Origin: an uncultured Victivallaceae bacterium
Lineage (GTDB): Bacteria > Verrucomicrobiota > Lentisphaeria > Victivallales > GWF2-50-93
Assembly (NCBI GenBank): GCA_964636325.1
Contig: CAZWRV010000019.1
Coordinates: 10,471-74,470 of the forward strand
Length of the DNA stretch: 64,000 nucleotides
Direction: 5' to 3'
Positions 43,706 to 51,606 of this stretch are shown in pieces. The translations under genes were made by a program, and so were the position numbers. The notes under the pieces were generated by a model. That model searched no databases and was not told the origin of the DNA. It was given only the letters and a program-made list of their open reading frames with translations. Within the stretch, counting starts at the first letter, position 1. Each line of letters opens with the position of its first letter.

Positions 43706-46507
43706 CTATGCGGTTGCCTGGATCATGTGCGATACGGCTGCGTCGGAGAGTGCAAGTCCGGGCTTGAACTGGCCGCCCATCGCATACGCGCACATTTTGG
43801 AGAGCAGATATCGCGCCTCCGGAAATCTCGGAGACAGGTCCAGGCTTGTAAGAATCACGCCCCCTTTTCCAAAGGATCTCTCCAGCAGGTAACCGAGCGG
43901 ATGGCAGACGGGATATCGATGTATGACTCGGATTGCCGGTTCGCCGTTCGCCAGTCCGAACGGCTCCAGTTCGATAGGCGGCGCGTCGTTCATCAACCGG
44001 TAGAACTGCAGATCCGCAAATCCCTCATGCGGAAAATCGCCGAGCATCGGATGCTTGCGGATTACCGTTCCATTCTGGCCATCCTCGTAAGGTGCGTAAT
44101 TCGCGCCGGGCGTGAAGAAATAGCCTTGGCCGCCGCAGCCGTTTCCGCCGTGGGGCCGGACCATCCCTTCGCCTGCGGCCAGGATGACGCGGCCTCCGCC
44201 GCGCATAAATTCCGTCAAGTGATCATCCAGCTTGTCGCTCAATACGACGGAAGTCTTGCAGGGAGGCAGCCCGGCGGCCGTGATAAGCGGGACATCTTTC
44301 CAGTCATGGAGCCAGCCCTGCTCCGGCCTGCCGTAGCGCATGACATTGCGTGGAAGGGTGGCCTCCGGGAAAATCCAAAGATTCCACGAGTTGGTGACGA
44401 TGCGGTGAGCTTCCAAGAGGGACACTTCTAGCCTCGCCGCCTTCGGATAAGCAACTGGAGGAAGCTCAATTCGGATTTCCCCGATCGGATGCGTGCGATA
44501 GGGCTTGTGGGCAAAGGCGGATTCACCTCTGGAAATAATCTTGCCTGCGCAGTTCAGCCGCCATCCGAGGGAGGGCTTCTTCATGGGGGGATGGGAGAAG
44601 TCGGAGACGAAGAACTTGCATTTGAAGTGTGCGCCTCCTGTCAGTACACGGTCTTCGAATGCCAGGCTTGACAGGACAACGGTGTCGCCGTTTGTCTCGA
44701 GCCATGTCTTTGCGTCGGCGATTTTCCGGCAATAAAACTCATCGATGATTCCTTGCGGCGACGGATTGGCGTCCATGGCGTTGAAATGGCTTATTCCGGC
44801 CAGGGTCGGATTGTCGCGGCGGCAGTTCTCCATCTTCGCCTTCGCCTCCAGAAGCTGAAGGCGCTGGCTCCGGTCGGCAAAGTCTGGGAGGCGATGTGCC
44901 AGCCCATGGCGGCCGGCCGCATCCAGGGCGATGTCGATGCAGTATGGACGTATCGCGCCCGAATATTTCTTCCGGATTCGGACGTCTGGGAACGAGCTCC
45001 ACCAGCGGAACTCGTGCTGGATGAGAGGCTTGGGTCGGGAGAGCTTCGTATTGGCTTCCGCATTGACGAAGTCCTCCGGCAGTTCGCCGTTGTGGCCGCC
45101 GTCAGTCCAGATTACCATGGCGGTCGGCTTGATCTCCTTTGTCTCGCGGTAGCACTGCCATGCTGTTCTGGGATAAAATGTTCTGCCTCCGAGCTCGTTG
45201 CTCATGCAGTATATGTTTGCGGAGGGATGGTTGACGTCGCGAAGTACGATTTTGTTCCACTGGCCGCGCAGCGTTTCACGGTTCGACGCCATGGGCTGCG
45301 GCCATGGGTAGACATGCCACGGCGACATTCCGGCCCATGCCCCCAGCATGCCCATCTCGCTCTGGATCAAGAGGCCCATCTCGTCGGCCACGTCAAAATA
45401 TTCCGGGGCGTAGACGTACGACTGGCATCTGACCTGGTTGTAGCCGTATTCGCGCAAGGCCCTGAGCTTGCGCCTCCAGCGTTCGCGGCTGGTGTCCGGG
45501 CATCCTGTTTCAGGGCAGCTGAGGAAATCGCCTGTGCCGCGTATGTAGTAAGGTTCACCGTTGACGAGAAAGTTATTTCCCCGAGCCGCCAGAGTTACAA
45601 AGCCTGTCCTCTCGATCTGGGCGTCAAGGGCTCCTTCCTGCCCGCAAAGTTCGGCCTCGACACGGTAGAGGTTCGGCGTGTCCGGACTCCAGAGGAGCGG
45701 GGAAGAAACTGGCAGGCGGAAATTTATGTCGGCGCCGATGACCGGCCGCTCCACGGCGATTGGATTCACAGCCTTTCCTGTCCCGGGATGGACAGCGAGC
45801 CTTAGCATAAGCTTATTTCTTGCGGAGCCGCCTATTCTTGCGGAGATGCGCAGCTCCTGCCTGTCCACGTCGGGATAGAGGGAGAGCCGTTCCAGGAAGC
45901 ATTCCCCGACGGATGTGATTTCAACTCCGCGATATAGACCTGACCAGCTGCCCTGCCAGTTGTAGGCGAAGCCGAATTCCCGGTTGCGCTCGTGGATGCG
46001 TACGACAAGGTCGTTGCCGCTGCCGGACCTGACGATGCCGGAGATCTCGAAGGCGAAGGGGACAAACGGCAAATCATTGCAGCCAAGATACTTGCCGTTC
46101 AGCCATGCTTCAGCGCTCGGATGCGCACCTCCGAAGTTGAGCCAGAGGCGTCTTCCAGACCAGGTTTCCGGAATCGCGAAAGATTTGGCATACCAGCCCG
46201 TCCCCTTGTATGTGGCGCGGAAAGTCCGTGCCTTCAGCCGGAAGTCCCAGACTTCGTCGTCTGCATCTCCGCCGAATCCCTGTCCCTGCCAGCAACCCGG
46301 CACCTTGATTGACCGCTTGATCGTGTCCGGCCTCCTGAACCACGATTTCTTTATGCCTTCGTCCGCCGGATCCAGCCTGAAGCGCCAGCCGTCCGAAAGG
46401 TTCATCCGCTTTTCCGAAGGATGGAGGAAGAGCGGATTTACACGAACCGGGGATAGCTTCGCGGCCCGGGGAGATTCTTTACTATGCTGTGATTTTCCGG
46501 CCGGCAT
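43706..46507 (-). CDS. Glycoside hydrolase family 2 (cytoplasmic, no signal peptide)
   Basis: LSDGWRFRLDP, IKVPGCWQ, GTGWYAKSF, LWSPDTPNLY, NGEPYYIRG, RDVNHPSANIYCMSNE (acid/base NE). Confidence 0.85.
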   Translation of the reverse strand: MPAGKSQHSKESPRAAKLSPVRVNPLFLHPSEKRMNLSDGWRFRLDPADEGIKKSWFRRPDTIKRSIKVPGCWQGQGFGGDADDEVWDFRLKARTFRATYKGTGWYAKSFAIPETWSGRRLWLNFGGAHPSAEAWLNGKYLGCNDLPFVPFAFEISGIVRSGSGNDLVVRIHERNREFGFAYNWQGSWSGLYRGVEITSVGECFLERLSLYPDVDRQELRISARIGGSARNKLMLRLAVHPGTGKAVNPIAVERPVIGADINFRLPVSSPLLWSPDTPNLYRVEAELCGQEGALDAQIERTGFVTLAARGNNFLVNGEPYYIRGTGDFLSCPETGCPDTSRERWRRKLRALREYGYNQVRCQSYVYAPEYFDVADEMGLLIQSEMGMLGAWAGMSPWHVYPWPQPMASNRETLRGQWNKIVLRDVNHPSANIYCMSNELGGRTFYPRTAWQCYRETKEIKPTAMVIWTDGGHNGELPEDFVNAEANTKLSRPKPLIQHEFRWWSSFPDVRIRKKYSGAIRPYCIDIALDAAGRHGLAHRLPDFADRSQRLQLLEAKAKMENCRRDNPTLAGISHFNAMDANPSPQGIIDEFYCRKIADAKTWLETNGDTVVLSSLAFEDRVLTGGAHFKCKFFVSDFSHPPMKKPSLGWRLNCAGKIISRGESAFAHKPYRTHPIGEIRIELPPVAYPKAARLEVSLLEAHRIVTNSWNLWIFPEATLPRNVMRYGRPEQGWLHDWKDVPLITAAGLPPCKTSVVLSDKLDDHLTEFMRGGGRVILAAGEGMVRPHGGNGCGGQGYFFTPGANYAPYEDGQNGTVIRKHPMLGDFPHEGFADLQFYRLMNDAPPIELEPFGLANGEPAIRVIHRYPVCHPLGYLLERSFGKGGVILTSLDLSPRFPEARYLLSKMCAYAMGGQFKPGLALSDAAVSHMIQATA

Positions 46508-46508
46508 T

Positions 46509-47618
46509 TTATCCTCCTAGAACTTGGCGTTTGATATTCATATAATATTGGAAATCCGCAAATGAGATGTCCGGCGGTATAGCGTGGTCGATCCATGGAA
46601 TGTATCCTCCTCCGCGGATGACTGGTGCGAGCCTGGCGAGTTCCTTGTCAATCGCCTTCGGTCCTTTGGCAATCACTCGCTTGTCGACTCCGCCGACCAT
46701 GCAGAACTTCCTTCCATATTTCTTCCGCATTGCCACGGGATCCATCCCTGCCGCGACCTCCATCGGGTTGAATCCGTCCACGCCCGCCTCGAGGAACAGC
46801 GGGATCAACGCCTCGAAATCCCCGTCAGTGTCTACGATGGCGATCCTTATGCCGCAGTCTTTGAGAAACTTGATGTATCTACGGTAATGGTGGAGAAAAA
46901 ATTCCCCGAAGATGTTCGGGCCGATGAGCGGTCCCCCCTTGCCTGCGAGATCCTCATGTATGATGATGTAGTCGAACCGGACGTCGTTCAGCGCCCTCTC
47001 ATACAGCCTGATGATGTAGTCGCAGAGGAACTCAAGGCAGTCCTTGACGAGGACAGGATCGTCGTAGAACATATATGAGAGACGTTCCGTTCCGATCCAG
47101 GTGCGCAGCATGCTGTAGAATCCGAAGTCGCCCCATATCTGGTTGATGCAGACAGGATTCTCCGAGACGCGCGCTCTTTCCACGAATGAATCCCAGTCAT
47201 TGGGATAACGGGCTTCCAACCCGCCTTCGTAGCGCCTGCGCATCTCCCCGAAGCTTGCACGGTTCTTGACGGCGAAGTCGATGTAGTGGTCCATGCAGAT
47301 GCTCGTATATTTGCCGTCGACCTTCAACCCTTGGCGCGTGCGGCCGAAAGAGTCGATGAAGTAAAGATATTCCGGCGTCTCGCTCAGAATCCTGTGTTCA
47401 AATTGCGGAAGGGGGCCGGACGGATTAATTCCGGTTGCCAGGCATCCGTCCAGGTTGAAATATTTGTTTCCGGCCAGGAAGCATCCGTCGAGATCGGCTG
47501 GAGCGCCTTCGCGGATCCAGCGTTCCCGGGTCTGGCCCCAGAGGCCGATTTCCAGGTTCGGAACCCGGTCCACGGCCTTGAACTGAAGCGTGTTGACAAA
47601 ACGTTCCTTAGGTGTCAT
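46509..47618 (-). CDS. URO-D/MtaA-CmuA-fold protein (paralog 2, DTDG motif)
   Basis: MTPKERF...VDRVP, HEDLAGKGGPLIGP, IVDTDGD, GGVDKR, GGYIPWIDHAIPPDIS. Confidence 0.85.
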   Translation of the reverse strand: MTPKERFVNTLQFKAVDRVPNLEIGLWGQTRERWIREGAPADLDGCFLAGNKYFNLDGCLATGINPSGPLPQFEHRILSETPEYLYFIDSFGRTRQGLKVDGKYTSICMDHYIDFAVKNRASFGEMRRRYEGGLEARYPNDWDSFVERARVSENPVCINQIWGDFGFYSMLRTWIGTERLSYMFYDDPVLVKDCLEFLCDYIIRLYERALNDVRFDYIIIHEDLAGKGGPLIGPNIFGEFFLHHYRRYIKFLKDCGIRIAIVDTDGDFEALIPLFLEAGVDGFNPMEVAAGMDPVAMRKKYGRKFCMVGGVDKRVIAKGPKAIDKELARLAPVIRGGGYIPWIDHAIPPDISFADFQYYMNIKRQVLGG

Positions 47619-47650
47619 AGCAGAACTCCATGCGGTTTATTGTTTTTATG

Positions 47651-47731
47651 GACTGCGCAAGCTTGCTTGCGACCTGTTTTTCGGAGCTTGCGCCGTTGGT
47701 AGCAATTGCGACAAGCAAGCTTGCGCGCTCC
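47651..47731. repeat. REP-like doublet (family D)
   Basis: 15-bp inverted arms GCGCAAGCTTGCTTG (47655-47669) and CAAGCAAGCTTGCGC (47712-47726), with GGACTGCG...CGCGCTCCA ends. Confidence 0.7.
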
Positions 47732-47755
47732 AAGACGAAATTCTATTTCATGTTT

Positions 47756-49870
47756 TCATGTTGCATGGCGCTTGTTGAGTTGTCCGATCTTTCGTCGTGA
47801 AATCAAGACAGACAAGCGTTCTGAATTATCCTTTATCCTGTCCAGGACCGACGGCTTGAACATCCTGATCCATTCCGTGGGCACGTTGCCGGAGCCGGAG
47901 ATTGCGCCTGCGAGCATCGCGGCGCGCCCCGCGTTTGTGTCCGCGTCACGGCCGATGTTGGTGCCGCCTAATGCGGATTTGCTGACGTCGCCCTTGGCTA
48001 TTTTAAGGATGGCGAGCGGCAGACCTACTATCTCCAGATGCGCGGACTGCCACCAGTTGAACATCAGGCATTTTTCATAAAGCTCCTTCCGTGCCTCGAA
48101 GACGTCGTCGTATTTCTCCGCCACATCGATGCATGTCGAAAGATATTCGCGGCAGCTTTTGAAGATCCTTCCGCCGATTGCCCTGAGCTGGTCGGAGCGC
48201 GAAAGCTTCCAGTCTAGCGAGGCGGCAACTAGGGCCGCCTCGCAGACGCTGTCGGCGGTCGCGCCGGGCCTCATGGCCTCAGCGACCGCCGCCGCCAGGA
48301 TGGAAGTCGCAGCGATCTCCACTCCGCGGACGTGCATGTAGGCTATGGCCGGGGCGTCGATCACCGCGTATTCCGGATCGGCGATGTGGTAAAGCCCCAC
48401 GGGCTCTATGCACATCACAGACGTGCCCATCGGATTCCAGTGGCCGCTTATCCGCGGATCCCAGCCATCGGAAATCAGGTCGAAGGAATGTCTGTCGTTG
48501 AACGGCCAGAGGTTCGCCTTGGACCAGTTATTAAGCCAGGTCTCGGCCAGATGCCGGGCCATCACCGGGCGTCCTCCGCGCGAGAGATACGCCTCCAGAA
48601 GCAGCTGCATCTGCTGGTTGTCGTCCTCGCTTTCGAGCCGCTCCGGCTGGAGAATTGTCCGGACTCCGCCCGGATGCTTTGCATCTATCTCCTCATATGT
48701 CCAGCCTTCGACAGGCGAGCCCATGGCGTTGCCGATGGAACTGGCGAGCAGGCAGCCGTAGATCTTGTCCTGGAGGAGGCTGTGCCCGGACTGTCTTTTA
48801 TCGACCAGCGTCTCATGGACGCTTATGATCGCCTTCTCCTTTTTGCGGCGCTTCCCCACGACATGAATTATCGGATGCCATTTGTTCGCGATCGGTTCCG
48901 CCCATGAGAGCCATTCCTCCGGAAATATTTTCCGTCCGGCCATGGCGCCGAGGACGGCTCCGCCAAGGATCGGGGCGCCCATGGGCTCGCGCTCGGGGAG
49001 AGGGCAGAGAAGCAGGGACATGAAGAGCTTCGGATCGCCGAGCATTACATCCTTCAAGAGCGGCAGGACAAAGCGGATCGGGTTCGGCGCCAGCGGGCTT
49101 TTCTCTCGCTGGCTGCACGGGAAACCTTTCAGCCATCGATTGATATGCTCCTCTCTCCTCGGTGTGTCGCTGAAATATCCCCTCGTGGATGCGACGCAGT
49201 ATTCGAGTTCCTGGAAGACGGCCTTGCAGTTCTCCTTGGCGAGATCAAGGACGGCGGAGGCGACCGCTTCAGGAGAATTGTCCGGATCGAAAGCGGATGC
49301 GACCGCGGCGGCGGCAAGACCCGCCCAGTCTGCGCCGAGGCGTGGCTGGCACACGGAGGCGAGTTCCACGCCGTCGAGATATGCGTACTCCGGATCGCAA
49401 TAGTGGTATATCCCGACGGCCGGCATCGCGTCGGCGACGAGGCCGGACGGCACCGTGCCGATTCCGCTGATGCGCGGGTTGCAGCCCTCGCCAAGCAGCT
49501 CCTGGGTCGTGTAGAACAGCATCCAGGCCGTGAAGTTGGAATCCGAGATCTCCTTGCTCCCCCTGAGCGCGCAGGCGAAATCCTCCGGAGTCGCACGTCC
49601 CTGCTTGCCAACATATGCCGCCACGCCGACATCCACAAGCGGCGTCAGCTTCGGGAAGGCGGAACAAGTCGCATATGGACGGCTCTTAAGATATTTTTTC
49701 TCCTCTTGGGCGCTCACCGGCTCAAGCTTCAAGTCCAGCAGGTCTCGCGCGCAGGAGACGGCGCGATACTGCTGAGTCCGCACGTGCCATGTCCAGCCGA
49801 GCTCCGCGCCGATTGCAGCGCCGAGAAGGCATCCTTCGATCCGATCTTTCAAGGTCAAACGTTGTTTCAC
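47756..49870 (-). CDS. Tandem two-domain ADP-ribosylglycohydrolase (DraG/ARH-fold) protein
   Basis: Domain 1 DRIEGCLLGAAIGAELG; domain 2 DKIYGCLLASSIGNAMG, SEDDN, GRDADTNA. Confidence 0.85.
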   Translation of the reverse strand: MKQRLTLKDRIEGCLLGAAIGAELGWTWHVRTQQYRAVSCARDLLDLKLEPVSAQEEKKYLKSRPYATCSAFPKLTPLVDVGVAAYVGKQGRATPEDFACALRGSKEISDSNFTAWMLFYTTQELLGEGCNPRISGIGTVPSGLVADAMPAVGIYHYCDPEYAYLDGVELASVCQPRLGADWAGLAAAAVASAFDPDNSPEAVASAVLDLAKENCKAVFQELEYCVASTRGYFSDTPRREEHINRWLKGFPCSQREKSPLAPNPIRFVLPLLKDVMLGDPKLFMSLLLCPLPEREPMGAPILGGAVLGAMAGRKIFPEEWLSWAEPIANKWHPIIHVVGKRRKKEKAIISVHETLVDKRQSGHSLLQDKIYGCLLASSIGNAMGSPVEGWTYEEIDAKHPGGVRTILQPERLESEDDNQQMQLLLEAYLSRGGRPVMARHLAETWLNNWSKANLWPFNDRHSFDLISDGWDPRISGHWNPMGTSVMCIEPVGLYHIADPEYAVIDAPAIAYMHVRGVEIAATSILAAAVAEAMRPGATADSVCEAALVAASLDWKLSRSDQLRAIGGRIFKSCREYLSTCIDVAEKYDDVFEARKELYEKCLMFNWWQSAHLEIVGLPLAILKIAKGDVSKSALGGTNIGRDADTNAGRAAMLAGAISGSGNVPTEWIRMFKPSVLDRIKDNSERLSVLISRRKIGQLNKRHAT

Positions 49871-50113
49871 CGCATCACCTTCATGTGTTTTATTATCATT
49901 TATATTATTCGGGCGGAGGAATATCCGCGCATGTATAAAACGTATAAGAAGCTTCCTTGATGTCCATGTGTAATCTTATTATGAAGCAGTGTTATATTAT
50001 CATATTTCAGATTTCCTGAGCGTAAGTCTCTACGCGGCGGAAGTTCCCGCCGCCGAGAAGACGGTTGAATAGAATTCAACTCTCCATCCGCCGGTCGGCG
50101 GATATAATAAAAC

Positions 50114-50387
50114 AATCGAATTTCAGAGTAGTGGCTATCTGCGGAGCTCGCAGTATTGTCGATGTGAAACTCGAAGTACGCGCTCGATCCGAGAGCGGCC
50201 TGACATAAAGAATGTCGCACTCGGATCGTGCGACGTACTTGAGGCAAGTTTCAGGAGAGTGCCTCTCCCCGAGCGCGAAACGCCTCGGGGTTCTGTCGGT
50301 CAGAAACTCGAAGTAGCGCAGGTATTCCTACCTGCGGATTGCGCAGACAGGAATGTCTACGCCACTTCGAGGCGAGTTTCAGAGGAG
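50114..50387. repeat. Family C composite element, two tandem units with different internal hairpins
   Basis: GAAACTCGAAGTA at 50166 and 50303; TACTTGAGGCAAGTTTCAG at 50236 and CACTTCGAGGCGAGTTTCAG at 50363; distinct hairpins between the constant blocks. Confidence 0.8.
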
Positions 50388-50413
50388 GTGGCGCCAATAG
50401 GGGAAGAGGCGTT

Positions 50414-51433
50414 TCAGCGACGGCGCAGTTCCTGGAAGCATTCGTCGTAGAAGAGCGCGGCTTCGACGGGGGTGTTGTGCGGTATCATGTTTGTGACGCC
50501 CATGAAGAATCCCGGGCATTGCTTCCCGATCGTCATGCATCTTTCGACCTCCGCGCGGATTTCAGCGCGGTTGCCGCGCAGTAGGATGCGTGTGTCGGCG
50601 TTCCCGATGAAGAAGTGAGTCCTTCCGTAGCGTTCAGCCACCCGGCTCATGTCCGTGAGGGGCTCCATGAAGAATCCGTGAGCGCCGGTGCCGGCGACGT
50701 CGTCGATGAACTCGGTGTAGTCGCCGTCGCTTAGGAACAGCACCTTCTTGCCTGCGTCGATCAGCGGCGCATAGAGCTTCTTCAGGTTCGGGAAGATATA
50801 TTTCCGGTAGAATCCAGGCGCGAATATCGCACCCTCGGTCCAGACTATGTCGTCGTGGCTCGCGATGAGAGGCGCGTCGCATTCGGCCATGGCGTTGTAG
50901 TATTGCTGCATCCAGGAGCCGTAGCGATTGAGGATTTCGCCGAATCCGTCAGGATCCTGTCCGGCCATGGCGAGCAGCATCTCCCACCCGAAGACGTATA
51001 TGCATCCTGTGAGCAAGGTGATGTATGTGCCGGTCGAGCAGGCCGTGTTGGGATTGTCCTCGCAGACTTGGCGGTAATGGTTGTCGAAACGCTCCACCAG
51101 TGAGCGGTGATCCTTTTTCCCGAAAGTCTCCCACGGATCGAAGCGGAGAGCCGTTTCAATATCGACGAATGCCTCGCTTAGCAGAGGCTGGAAATCTACG
51201 GATCCCGCCTCGTATTCGGCGTGGCCCATCTGGGTGCGGCAGGCGGCAAGCTCGTCGGCATGCAGCATGGTCGAAGGAGTAAGATCATAATCCCATGCCT
51301 TGCGGAATGCACGGGAGGCCCGGCCGCGCTCTTCAGGAGGGCTCTCGGGCGTCACATGGATTCCGGTCACAGCCCCGACTAGTTCCCAGTGGCGGTCAGC
51401 ATCGAATTCGACGCGTGCGACTTGGTCCGTCAT
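50414..51433 (-). CDS. URO-D/MtaA-CmuA-fold protein (paralog 3, LSDG motif)
   Basis: HDDIVWTEGAIFAPGFYRKYIFP, KKVLFLSDGDY, GNADTRIL, GFFMGVTNMIPHNTP. Confidence 0.85.
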   Translation of the reverse strand: MTDQVARVEFDADRHWELVGAVTGIHVTPESPPEERGRASRAFRKAWDYDLTPSTMLHADELAACRTQMGHAEYEAGSVDFQPLLSEAFVDIETALRFDPWETFGKKDHRSLVERFDNHYRQVCEDNPNTACSTGTYITLLTGCIYVFGWEMLLAMAGQDPDGFGEILNRYGSWMQQYYNAMAECDAPLIASHDDIVWTEGAIFAPGFYRKYIFPNLKKLYAPLIDAGKKVLFLSDGDYTEFIDDVAGTGAHGFFMEPLTDMSRVAERYGRTHFFIGNADTRILLRGNRAEIRAEVERCMTIGKQCPGFFMGVTNMIPHNTPVEAALFYDECFQELRRR

Positions 51434-51606
51434 CTCAAGGTTTATCGTCGCCCATTGGACATATGCCCCTTACCTTATATTCGATAATTGGTTTTGAATG
51501 TCAGTGAAAAGCTATCTTGCAATATCTGTCTGGCAAGTACGGGGGACGTTTATTCGGTAGGGAATTGCCAAGGGCAGGCTATTCTTAAGAAATGATTTAT
51601 GCAGCA

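Noticed and set aside
50114-50387. CRISPR array or integron attC cassette array
   Set aside because: Variable parts are self-complementary hairpins of unequal length rather than spacers. There are no GTTRRRY/RYYYAAC boxes, cassette ORFs, integrase or cas genes.
39985-51433. hemE (true uroporphyrinogen decarboxylase) assignments
   Set aside because: The N-terminal RQAGR motif of HemE is absent in all three, and there is no heme-pathway context.
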